From the NCBI GenBank assembly GCA_963753835.1, contig CAVWDP010000003.1, forward strand, positions 162,276-226,275: a DNA stretch of 64,000 nt, in the 5' to 3' direction. Origin of the DNA: an uncultured Bacteroidales bacterium (GTDB lineage Bacteria > Bacteroidota > Bacteroidia > Bacteroidales > B18-G4). Position numbers and translations under genes: made by a program. This document shows, piece after piece, positions 40,509 through 50,324 of this stretch; position 1 is the stretch's first letter, and the number at the start of each line of letters is the position of its first letter. The notes beneath the pieces were generated by a model. The model ran no database searches. It was not told the DNA's origin and saw only the letters and a list, made by a program, of their open reading frames with translations.

Positions 40509-41414
40509 CTAAAAGATATTTGGTTTTTTTTGTTTTATCAATGGGTTCTGATAATCAAAATAATTTAAGATTAATTTAGAAAGCCCTAGATAAATGCAGA
40601 CTGAAGTCAGAGCTTGTGTTAAATATACAAGATGCAAATACCAAGTTCCGTGAATCAATCCAAAGATCAAGGGATTCTCGCCATTTCTGCTTACTTCATG
40701 AATCTCGACTTGTTCGTAGGCAATGTATTCGAACATAAACAAAGCGAAAATATAAGTGGTCCAAGTAATGAGTATCCGCACCCATAGCTTCCTTTTTTTG
40801 AATAATCGAAAGAATTCGATAGTTCCCCATGATCCGGCCAACCAGAACAAAAAAGCACCAAAATTGATTCCTGGTGTATTGAAGAAGGACATATTGTATT
40901 GATACTGGTAAAATCCCACCCAAAGAAATGAGTATGTAACCCCTGAAAGGAATGCTATGAGCAAATATTGAAATCTGATGTGATTGGGTTTTCTTTTGAG
41001 ATAAGTATTAAATATCAGTCCAATTAGACCTCCCAGAATACCTAAAATAATATCTGATATGTGATCTTTAATTATTTCTGACTGGAAAACCCTTAACCCG
41101 AATGACCCAATAGAGAATTCGATGATTTCATAAGCTAACAGAATAAAGAATAAGTATAAAAATGGTTTCCGTATTCTGGTAGACTTAATCAAGAAGAATA
41201 ATATAAACCCAATCCAAAGATGAACCAACGACCATAAGTCGAAAAAGAATAAAGGATTCTCATACAGCTTGGTGTAAAGCCAACTCGTCTTATTGATAAT
41301 TATATCTACGATATCCAATATTCTTGAGGTTTTGTTCTCGAAATTAATATTTTTAAACTGATAAAATAGATCAAGATTGTAAAAGACAGAAATAGAGAGC
41401 AGTAAAAAATTCAA
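40509..41414 (-). CDS. Polytopic membrane protein (DUF2585/VanZ-like motifs), AT-rich cargo
   Basis: Many TM helices; DLWSLVH...AYEIIE...SDIILG; TTG start is uncertain. Confidence 0.7.
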   Translation of the reverse strand: MNFLLLSISVFYNLDLFYQFKNINFENKTSRILDIVDIIINKTSWLYTKLYENPLFFFDLWSLVHLWIGFILFFLIKSTRIRKPFLYLFFILLAYEIIEFSIGSFGLRVFQSEIIKDHISDIILGILGGLIGLIFNTYLKRKPNHIRFQYLLIAFLSGVTYSFLWVGFYQYQYNMSFFNTPGINFGAFLFWLAGSWGTIEFFRLFKKRKLWVRILITWTTYIFALFMFEYIAYEQVEIHEVSRNGENPLIFGLIHGTWYLHLVYLTQALTSVCIYLGLSKLILNYFDYQNPLIKQKKPNIF

Positions 41415-41426
41415 GTTATATAATTA

Positions 41427-41476
41427 GAGCCCTGGTCGGGCAACAAAAATCCCAGTTGGATTCAACTGGGATTTTT
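41427..41476 (+). repeat. tRNA-Gln 3'-end copy (att-like) plus terminator hairpin
   Basis: GAGCCCTGGTCGGGCAACAAAA then AAAAATCCCAGTTG-GATT-CAACTGGGATTTTT. Confidence 0.88.
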
Positions 41477-41574
41477 GATTTACAATTCTGTACTCTTTAC
41501 GTACACTTGACATAGTAATGATATGGTTGTATTTTTGAGATAGTTCTATTTCATTAAAACCAAAAGTTATTTAT

Positions 41575-42009
41575 ATGAAAAAGTTACTATTGTTACTACC
41601 TATAATTGTCTTGCTATTTGTAGGATGTAAAAAAGACAATTCTAATTCATCTACGCCAGCAACTAATCTTGATGGCTATTGGGACAATGGTGAAATCATT
41701 GTACATATACAAGGCACAGAAGGTAGATTTTATATGATCAAGCAAGGTGATTGGAAGAGGGTTTGGGAGCAGGGTTTTGTGAGTATCGGATCATTGAAAT
41801 TCAGGTATATCTCCAAACTGAAGACTGATGAATTTTTTCAGGGCCAGGAACTATGGTTTCGGTGGGAAAATCTTGTTGTCCAGGAAACCGCATTCTCAGG
41901 CACCGGCGAATTCAACCTCAGGAATAATGGAACCAAACTGTATGTTAATACAATAAACCCCTGGGGAGGTAATTGGAGTACTGTGGAATATACAAGGGTG
42001 TACCCCTAG
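41575..42009 (+). CDS. Hypothetical lipoprotein (cargo)
   Basis: Lipobox FVGC-KKD; own TATTTTTG promoter at 41530-41537. Confidence 0.8.
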   Translation: MKKLLLLLPIIVLLFVGCKKDNSNSSTPATNLDGYWDNGEIIVHIQGTEGRFYMIKQGDWKRVWEQGFVSIGSLKFRYISKLKTDEFFQGQELWFRWENLVVQETAFSGTGEFNLRNNGTKLYVNTINPWGGNWSTVEYTRVYP

Positions 42010-42150
42010 TCTTTCTTTAATATAATAATTACACACCTGTTTTCTGCCAAATTAACTCGGGCTTTTTCAGTTAAAAAGTTTAAGTGTACATTCTCTGTTT
42101 CAAACGAAATTAATTATAGTATTATATAAAAATTAATATGAATTATTATT

Positions 42151-42198
42151 GCCCTGGTCAGGCAACACCAAAAAGCCCTAAAGTCATGGGGCTTTTTT
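42151..42198 (+). repeat. Degenerate tRNA-Gln 3'-end copy plus terminator hairpin
   Basis: GCCCTGGTCAGGCAACA then AAAAAGCCC..GGGCTTTTT. Confidence 0.75.
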
Positions 42199-42234
42199 AT
42201 TTCACATTGCACATTTTCCTTATATTAGCAATAA

Positions 42235-43065
42235 ATGCCCACGATCTATGTCATATCCGATGGTACCGGCATGACTGCCCAGCAAGCCGTTAAAGCTGCA
42301 CTAACACAGTTCAAGGGGAGTAATCCCGAAATTATAAGGTACAGCGACATCCTCAATATTAATCAGGTGATGATGATCGTTTCGCGGGCAAAAGCTGAAA
42401 AGGCGATTATCATCCATACACTTGTAACAGACAAGCTCAGGGAGGAACTTGTCAGGCTCACCCGCATTCACCATGTTGAAAGTATCGACCTGATGGGGCC
42501 ACTGCTTCACAGGCTTTCCGATCACCTTTCTGCCAATCCTTCAGAAGAGCCGGGATTATACCGCGTGTTAAGCGATTCCTACTTCCGTAAGATAGAAACC
42601 ATGCAGTTCGCATTCAAGCATGATGATGGCAAAAGAATCCATAATATTGACCATGCCGAGATCATCATTTTAGGAGTGTCCAGAACTTTTAAGACCCCCC
42701 TGAGCATCTACCTTGCATTCAGGGGATGGTATGTAGCGAATGTGCCAATTATATTGGACTATCCTGTTCCTGACGAAGTTCTGCAGATATCAGACGAAAA
42801 AATCTTCTGCCTCACCACATACCCTGCAAGGCTTATCCAGTTACGCCATGCACGTGAAGAACGCCTGGGAGGAAATACCGGAAACTATGCTGACCCTGTA
42901 TCTGTGAGAAAGGAGATCAATTATGCCAATCGGATATTTGACTCTCATCCCGACTGGCAGAAGATAAATGTGACCAGCAAATCCATTGAAGAGATCGCCT
43001 CTGAGATCATAGCTTTACTACCAAAAAAGATGATCCCCGAAGAGGATCCCAATGATGAGATATAA
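42235..43065 (+). CDS. ppsR: PEP synthase/pyruvate phosphate dikinase regulatory kinase-pyrophosphorylase (DUF299)
   Basis: ISDGTGMTA, HDDG, GVSRTFKTPLS, VANVP, SIEEIA. Confidence 0.9.
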   Translation: MPTIYVISDGTGMTAQQAVKAALTQFKGSNPEIIRYSDILNINQVMMIVSRAKAEKAIIIHTLVTDKLREELVRLTRIHHVESIDLMGPLLHRLSDHLSANPSEEPGLYRVLSDSYFRKIETMQFAFKHDDGKRIHNIDHAEIIILGVSRTFKTPLSIYLAFRGWYVANVPIILDYPVPDEVLQISDEKIFCLTTYPARLIQLRHAREERLGGNTGNYADPVSVRKEINYANRIFDSHPDWQKINVTSKSIEEIASEIIALLPKKMIPEEDPNDEI

Positions 43066-43511
43066 AGAGCTCGGTAGTACGAGATTATGAGATTGCGAGA
43101 GTACGAGTTCCCGGCTGGCACTAGTTTGGAAATGCGTTATAAGTCACCCCCAACACCTTCTCCCCAGGCAGGGAGGGGGGGGCATTTATCATTGAGCATT
43201 TATCATTGAGCATTTAACAATGAGCATTTTACATTTTGCATGTTCCCGCTAATGTGTGTCTCAGACTCATGTCTGCCAACAGGCAACCGTGCAGCTATTT
43301 CCCTGTCTACTGAGGAGATAAATGATTTCATATTGTAAAATAATTACACATTTACATATGAAAATTCAAATAAATGGATTTAATGAGTGCTTACTCAGAA
43401 AGATTTTAGATATTTGCACAACTTCCTTGAAGCGACTAAAAATATTTATGGAACTGCCTCTATTACAGGCAACAAACAGAACTAATTATTACTAACTAAT
43501 TTCTTATTACA

Positions 43512-44957
43512 ATGAAAAAATTATTACTTTTTGTTTTCAGTGCCATGATAGCGCTGAGTTCATTTTCTCAATTACCAGATGGCAGCATTGCTCCTGACTG
43601 GACTATGACTGACCTTGATGGCGTAGAGCATAATTTGTACACCTACCTTGATAGTGGCTATACAGTTGTTATTGATTTCTCAGCAGTATGGTGCGGACCA
43701 TGCTGGAGCTACCACAATTCAGGTGCCCTGGAAGACCTGTACATTAACCATGGTCCTGCAGGATATCCGAATGTAAGTGATACAACTACGGATGATGTAA
43801 TGGTTTTCTTTATCGAGGGTGATGAAGGAACGGTTGCACAGCTAAATGGTGGCAGCGGATCACAGGGAAACTGGGTAACAGGTACTCCTTATCCCATTAT
43901 TCCTACAGTTGCTCCAAATAATAATCAGGTTACCTCAGATTATGCGATCCCCTACTGGCCAACTATTTATACGATTTGTCCTAACTTCCTTCTCGTTGAA
44001 AGTGGTCAGATCTCAACAGCTCAACATTACACCATTGCTGTAGAATGCCCACCTTTCTGTACTACGGTAAATGATGCAAACATTCTTGGGATCTCCGCAC
44101 CAACAGGAGTTAATTGTTATTCGACTATTGTTCCTGAGTTCAGGTTGCAGAATTACGGGACTGAAAATTTAACTACCATCGAGCTTGTTTCATATGTTGA
44201 TGATGTGGAACAAAACACATTCTCATGGACTGGTGATCTTGAGCAATATGCTGTAGAAGTTGTAAGCTTGCCGGAGATCATGGATATTACGAATGGTGAA
44301 CACGAATATAAAGTCGTGGCCAATAATCCAAACGATGAACCTGACGAAGATCCTTCAAATAATACATTAACTGAAGACTTTATCATCAACACAGATGGCA
44401 GCGAAATTATGCTGAGCATTTTAACAGATAACTACCCCATGGAAACCAGCTGGGATATCACCTATGATGGTAATGTGATCGCTTCAGGTGACGGATACAC
44501 CGGAGAACAAACAACATATGATATCCCCAGTTGTCTTGAGAGTGAGGAATGCTATACCTTTACTGTTTATGATAGTTATGGTGATGGCATGTCGTATGGT
44601 GGAGTAACCGGGCACATTGTAATGACCTGGGACGGCATGGTACTTGGAGAAATTCCCGGTGATTCATTCACTTTTGAAGCCAGCTTTGATTTTTGTCTGA
44701 ATCCAACCGGAATAGAAGAGACTCCAGATGACTTTTCGGTTGAAGTTTACCCGAACCCCTCTACAGGAATTATCAATATTTCAGGGGTTAAAGATGCCAG
44801 GGTTTCTGTTTATACCATTACAGGAATGCTTGTTGCTGAGTACGACAACTTCAATGAAAGTACCATTGACCTTTCAGAACAAGGCAACGGGATTTATGTC
44901 TTGAAAATTAGTAATGAAAGCATTGCAACAACAAAACGTATTTCAATAAACCGTTAA
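43512..44957 (+). CDS. T9SS-secreted protein with an N-terminal thioredoxin/redoxin domain
   Basis: Signal peptide, APDWT, DFSAVWCGPCW, Ig-like middle region, VYPNPS...GIYVL sorting domain. Confidence 0.85.
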   Translation: MKKLLLFVFSAMIALSSFSQLPDGSIAPDWTMTDLDGVEHNLYTYLDSGYTVVIDFSAVWCGPCWSYHNSGALEDLYINHGPAGYPNVSDTTTDDVMVFFIEGDEGTVAQLNGGSGSQGNWVTGTPYPIIPTVAPNNNQVTSDYAIPYWPTIYTICPNFLLVESGQISTAQHYTIAVECPPFCTTVNDANILGISAPTGVNCYSTIVPEFRLQNYGTENLTTIELVSYVDDVEQNTFSWTGDLEQYAVEVVSLPEIMDITNGEHEYKVVANNPNDEPDEDPSNNTLTEDFIINTDGSEIMLSILTDNYPMETSWDITYDGNVIASGDGYTGEQTTYDIPSCLESEECYTFTVYDSYGDGMSYGGVTGHIVMTWDGMVLGEIPGDSFTFEASFDFCLNPTGIEETPDDFSVEVYPNPSTGIINISGVKDARVSVYTITGMLVAEYDNFNESTIDLSEQGNGIYVLKISNESIATTKRISINR

Positions 44958-44971
44958 TCAAACGGAATCAG

Positions 44972-45002
44972 AAAAACCGGGCATTCAGCCCGGTTTTTTT
45001 TT
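44972..45002 (+). terminator. Intrinsic terminator
   Basis: AAAAACCGGGC-ATTCA-GCCCGGTTTTTTTTT. Confidence 0.88.
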
Positions 45003-45155
45003 GATCACTTATTTTGATATCTTTATTCATGAGTATTTAGGGGAAATAAACCCGATTCAAACAAAATACTCAATAGTAAGTAGAGAATAATTTAAGATTG
45101 TCAAACCCGAACATCTATATTTGTTTGAAAATTAATAACACTTAACATTGTCACC

Positions 45156-45932
45156 ATGCGAAAATTAATTATAGCTGGCCTTATAATTCTTATGTCTGCC
45201 TCGGCCTCTCAGAGCCAGGTATTGATTTCCCTTCTTTTTGGGGATAAACTCAACACAGGTAAAATTGAGTTTGGTCTGCAATGGTGGAATCAACTTCTCT
45301 ACGATCTCGTGGCATCAAGTGAGCTAAAGGCCAAAATAACTGGATGTTGGGTTTTTATTTTGATTTTCTTTTAAAAGAGAAATCACCCTGGTATATTATC
45401 TCAGGCGTTTATGTAAAATCGAATGTTGGGGCGAGGAATATTCCGATGGATTATGAAGGGAATCGACAAATTAATGATTCGTTTATAATGGGTTTTCCAG
45501 CTGCTAATGGTGACTGTTGAAAAACAATTCAATACATTTTATGTGCCGATTAACCTGAGGTATATGTCGAAATGTGGAATTTTCATTGAAGTAGGTGCGC
45601 AGATAGGCCTGGTATTTAAAACACGCGATCTCTACCAGGCAGAAGTGGAAGGTAATAAACTGGAATATAAGGTGATAAAAGGAGTTGTAAATAATGGTTT
45701 GTATAAATGGTTTGATGGTGGAGTTGATGGTGGTATTGGGTACAAATTTAAGAAATCGGGGATTAAAATTGGAGTTTGGTACTATGTCGGCTTAACCAAT
45801 ATTTATAAAAATGATCTGGGTCCCAAAGCTTATAATTCATCCCTATATGTAACTGCAACTTTCCCTATGGGAAAGAAAAAAGCAGAAAAAGCAAGAGCTG
45901 AAAAAGAAAAAGCAGAAGCCATGCCAGATTAA
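45156..45932 (+). CDS. PorT/porin-family outer-membrane beta-barrel (frameshift-split)
   Basis: SQVLISLLFGDKLN..IEFGL, FYVPINLRY, GIGYKF, YYVGLTNIY. Confidence 0.75.
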
Positions 45933-46062
45933 TGGCTACAGAAGCAATAATCTCCTCACAATAAATCACATCATATACCTACTATTGAGTATATTCCCCT
46001 ATCTTTGAAAAGTAAAGTAGACTGTAGAAAAAAGGTCATAAGTCTTTATTTGTTATCGCAAG

Positions 46063-46818
46063 ATGAACGTCTCAAAGGATTATCAGTTATTACTAAAGTT
46101 TATCGACACCTATTTGCCTGTAGGTTTTGAGGGGATCAGCAAAGAGGATCCGCTGATGTTGCAGATCAATGCGATGATGAAGAAAAACAAGCAGTTTTTC
46201 TACATTGGTGATATGCTTCAGTTAAAGATCCTGTATACATGTGAATCAGTCAGGGAATCTCTGGGGATCGAACCATCTGATTTTGACCCGGGATATCATT
46301 TGTCAACCACTCATCCTGATGACCTACAAAGGCACAGTGTTGCCAGGTCAAAGATGTTTAAATTATGCAATGACCTTTTTCGCATTGGCGGTGATTACGA
46401 GATAATGTCAAGTAATTTTCGCTTCCAGCATGCCCGGGGCCATTATATCAACTTCCTCATACAGGCTTATGCTTTTACAAGTAATATTCCCAGACCAACT
46501 ACTTATGCAATATTTATTGGTACTGACATTGATTGGTTTGGGCCAATAAAACACGGGTATAATTTTTATCTGGGGAAAGACCTGTCCTGTTTCAGGGTCC
46601 CCGATAAAGAATTAATCTTAACGGGATGTGTTTTTACCGACAGGGAATATGAGATTCTCAAGTTGATCAAGGAGGGGCTGGATAGTAGTCAAATAGGTGA
46701 AAAACTGTTTTTGAGCACCCATACGGTAGATACCCACAGAAGGAATATTTTGAAAAAAACACAACATAGGACTTCCTCCGACCTGATCATTGATTTGCAG
46801 GAACGGGGCTTCTTCTAA
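46063..46818 (+). CDS. PAS-like plus LuxR HTH transcriptional regulator
   Basis: THPDD; FTDREYEIL...IGEKLFLSTHTVDTHRRNI. Confidence 0.9.
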   Translation: MNVSKDYQLLLKFIDTYLPVGFEGISKEDPLMLQINAMMKKNKQFFYIGDMLQLKILYTCESVRESLGIEPSDFDPGYHLSTTHPDDLQRHSVARSKMFKLCNDLFRIGGDYEIMSSNFRFQHARGHYINFLIQAYAFTSNIPRPTTYAIFIGTDIDWFGPIKHGYNFYLGKDLSCFRVPDKELILTGCVFTDREYEILKLIKEGLDSSQIGEKLFLSTHTVDTHRRNILKKTQHRTSSDLIIDLQERGFF

Positions 46819-46966
46819 ATATGCGTTCCAGGAAAATCTTATTTCAAAATCCTTTCATAGCAACTCTCACACAAAATACTTTTTCTGTTTGTAAATTCTC
46901 AGAAAACAGGTTCTTTACGCTAAATTTCCTTAATTTAGACTGTTTTCTAATAGATTTGATCGCAAG

Positions 46967-48008
46967 ATGAAGTATAAGACTTATAGCATACCAATTTTAT
47001 TTATTTTCTTCATCTTATTTGTATCACAGCTAAACGCACAGAAAACCGATACTATTTATCATGTAAATGGAAATATACTTACAGGCGAGTTAAGGAAACT
47101 GAATTATGGCGTGGTGACATGGAAAATGCAGGGAATGGGGACCATTTCACTGGAAACCCCGAATATTAATAACATTAAAAGTGATAAGCAGTTTGAGGTG
47201 AAGCTCAAAAACGGCCTGATCTATTTTGGCTCATTTGATACCACAAATGTTGAGCGAAAAGTTAAGATCGTATCTGCAAATGGGTCGGAACTTGTTAATG
47301 TCAATGATATCGTAGAAGTTTACCCGATCAGAAAAAGTTTTTGGTTGAGAACAACAGGAAATGTCAGTCTTGGGTTTAATTATTCCAAGGGTAGCGATGT
47401 TGCTTCATTGGCTTTCTCCGGCAATATGAATTACCGGAGGCGTAAATCAACTTTTCAATTCAGCTGGAATAATGACAACACTTTCCAGGCCGATACCTTA
47501 AGCGCAACGAATGTTAATGTTACGATTGGCTATCAAAGGAGTCTCCGGAATTATTGGTCCGCTGGTACCTTTTTCAGTGGAAGTCAAAACTCTCAATTGG
47601 GGTATAAACTCAGGTTGAATTTAGCTGCATTAGGGATCAGGGATATTGTATACAATTGGTGGAACAGATACTATGTTGCAGCAGGTTTAAGTGTACAGAC
47701 GGGAAACACCATATGATGATCCGGAGAGCTTTACCGATCTGGCCGGAATCATTACAACAGCATGGAAGGTATATAAGTATACCGATCCCAAAATTTGGGT
47801 GGATAGTGATTTATCCCTGATCCCCTACATCACCGGGGATTGGAGGTATAGGGTGGAATTTAATATCAATCCCAAAATAGGTGTGTATGGCAATGACTTG
47901 CAAATAGGATTTAAATTCTATTATTCATATGATAGTCACCCCCGGAATACTACCTCTTCCGCCTTTGACTGGGGAATCAACTTTGAATTAACCTATAACT
48001 TACATTAG
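46967..48008 (+). CDS. DUF481-like outer-membrane beta-barrel (frameshift near 47700)
   Basis: QKTDTI..NG..LTGE, SLGFNYSKG, YSYDS.P, C-terminal LTYNLH. Confidence 0.75.
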
Positions 48009-48020
48009 TCCCGGCCCGCA

Positions 48021-48653
48021 TTAGAACATGGCCGGCATGGTGGCAATAAAATATATTGATGTGATGAAGATCAGCAGGGCAATGCCGATAAGGATTCTTT
48101 GATTTGTATATGAATTTGTTACGCCACTCAGCCCGCAGAAGAACAATACCATCGACAATATAAGTGATACCAGCACATAATTATCAGAACGATTATCGGC
48201 AACATTGGCAGCCTTTTTAAATGAGGCGGCCTCCTTCTCATATTTGGCAGCTTCAATCACCTCCTGAACAACATATTCCTTCATCTCAAAGGGCGACATA
48301 GGGGCATTTGGCTTGTTATATGGGTCGAAGATTATCCATGCATCAAAGGCATTCTTCAGAGAAGGAGGAAAGCGGCTATACAAGAAGTCAGCCTGCTTTG
48401 TATTTCCTTCGGAAACTGCTAAGGTATATTGTAAAAAGATTTGCAACTCGGCCGTTTTCCGCTGTGCAGCTGCTACCTCATACTGCAACCTGAACTGATT
48501 TGCTGCTGTTTCATCATCAATCCTGAAATATTGTTCCCCGCTCCACTGGCTTGATTGAAAAACACACCATGCCGACAGCACTGTGGCTGCTGAGAGCAAG
48601 ATGGTTGATATAGTTTCGATCCATCTCTTCTGGGAACTGTTATTTGCGGGCAT
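48021..48653 (-). CDS. Hypothetical membrane protein (DUF4337-like)
   Basis: ATVLSAWCVFQSSQWSGEQ, SPFEMKEY, SDNYVL; three TM helices. Confidence 0.7.
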   Translation of the reverse strand: MPANNSSQKRWIETISTILLSAATVLSAWCVFQSSQWSGEQYFRIDDETAANQFRLQYEVAAAQRKTAELQIFLQYTLAVSEGNTKQADFLYSRFPPSLKNAFDAWIIFDPYNKPNAPMSPFEMKEYVVQEVIEAAKYEKEAASFKKAANVADNRSDNYVLVSLILSMVLFFCGLSGVTNSYTNQRILIGIALLIFITSIYFIATMPAMF

Positions 48654-48700
48654 ATTTATATTGTTAAGCGAAGTAATCTATTTAAAGCCAGGAAACCCCT

Positions 48701-49546
48701 TTATTTTTTACGGGCTTTTTTAAAGATAGCCGGATCCTTATATCTTTTTGGAAGAATGATCTTCACTCCCACGTTAAAGCCGTACATGGCCATTTTTAAA
48801 CCAGCAGTGCTGCCTTGTTTTGCGTCATCACTAAAGTTAGTCCCATATGCTGTTAGGCCACCAAACAGGTCTACCTGAGGCGAAATGGTATATCCTCCGT
48901 TAAGAGTGGCTGTCCATGAGAAATCTGATCCTATGCCGAAACCTCCAACATCCGACTTAAACATAATTGGCACCCGTGGGTGAGGGAAATACAACAACCT
49001 TAGGCCCATTACCGGATCCCAAAAATCAGCTTTTTCCTCTACAGAGGAGGTTTCCTTTATCCCATCTATTGCAATTATTGTTTTAAAACTGTTGTACCGG
49101 AACCCCAGGTAGGGATCGATGATTAGATTTTTACAAACAACTTCATGTATCCCGATAATAACACCTGCGATGTTTATGGTTAATGTGGGTGATGCGCTTA
49201 TAATTTCCTCCCCGGCATCGTTCGTTTTCAAAACTTTTTCAGTTCCCACCTTTGTATAAATATAGGATGGCGACACAAAAACTTTCCCTTTTGAGACTTC
49301 AGCATTGATCATGAATGCTCCATTCAAGTTGCTCAATATATCCACTGCCGGCACTTTAAAATTCTTATCTAAATATGAAGATTCTATTTCTCCACTAACC
49401 GCCGGCAACCACAGGAAGGGTGTGATCTCAAATTTCCATTTGTCGGGATTTCCTTTCGGATAATATGTATCACTTTGTCCGAATGAAGAATAAATGCAAC
49501 TTGAAAAAAGCACAAAAACAATCAAGTATTGAATTGGTTTATTCAT
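48701..49546 (-). CDS. Outer-membrane beta-barrel protein
   Basis: WKFEITPFLW, WDPVMGLR, DVGGFGIGSDFSW. Confidence 0.8.
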   Translation of the reverse strand: MNKPIQYLIVFVLFSSCIYSSFGQSDTYYPKGNPDKWKFEITPFLWLPAVSGEIESSYLDKNFKVPAVDILSNLNGAFMINAEVSKGKVFVSPSYIYTKVGTEKVLKTNDAGEEIISASPTLTINIAGVIIGIHEVVCKNLIIDPYLGFRYNSFKTIIAIDGIKETSSVEEKADFWDPVMGLRLLYFPHPRVPIMFKSDVGGFGIGSDFSWTATLNGGYTISPQVDLFGGLTAYGTNFSDDAKQGSTAGLKMAMYGFNVGVKIILPKRYKDPAIFKKARKK

Positions 49547-49632
49547 TGATCATATTTTTTATTAAAATTTAACACCGATGCCACCCATGACAGCGCCTAA
49601 CATGCCATTCCTATAATCACTTTCTCAGCAGA

Positions 49633-50297
49633 TTATCTCACCTTGACTACATAATCCCTGTTTCAGAATTGATCATTGCTTGTTTCGCTGGCAGGCTGAG
49701 AGATGAATTTGAAACATGACTGATCCCTGAAGAAAACTCATTATAGTTTATCTCACCCTTGATAGGATCTCCATCCATTATGCTTGAGAACTTTTTGGAT
49801 ATGAACAGCTTTGATTCTGCATCAACCTGTACAGTTAGCATATCGCCTTCTATGAATATATCTTTGGCTGATGCCTCAAGGATACCATCCTTTTCAGCAA
49901 CTTCTGCTTTGTCAAAGAAATCCAACAGTTGCCCCTTACTCAAGTAAGTATAATCAAAGGCAAGATTAATTGCTTTTTCAACATAATCCATATTACCTTC
50001 AACAGCGTTTTGCTGGATCCTGCCACGGATGCCTCTTTTTTGTTTTACATCAGTGTCAGCATCCAGATTCGTTATATTTGGCTTTCCGTCCTCATCAATA
50101 CTGATCTCATTCAAGACAGTTAGCTTTTCAGCGCCATCAACGGTTACAACGGATTCCTTTTTCCAGATAAAACCTTTAAGGGCTTCCATATTTGCGGCAT
50201 CTGCCTTGCTGATGTCAAGTGAGAGCTGGTCTTTGTCAAGCTGTGCATAGGATGTTAGTGTGAACAGCACCAACAACAAAATTGATAACTTCTTCAT
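49633..50297 (-). CDS. Secreted hypothetical protein (3' frameshift)
   Basis: Signal peptide; KKRGIRGR-like motif; shifted end DYVVKVR*. Confidence 0.7.
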
Positions 50298-50324
50298 CGT
50301 TCAAATATTTTTTAATATTAATAC

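Noticed and set aside
43460-43480. Further tRNA-end copy (CAGGCAACAAA)
   Set aside because: The match is too short and lacks GCCCT; better explained as a local TGCCT/AGGCA hairpin
40215-45000. Prophage, ICE or classical integron at tRNA-Gln
   Set aside because: No integrase, phage, conjugation or transposase genes, and no attC-like sites recognised in the window
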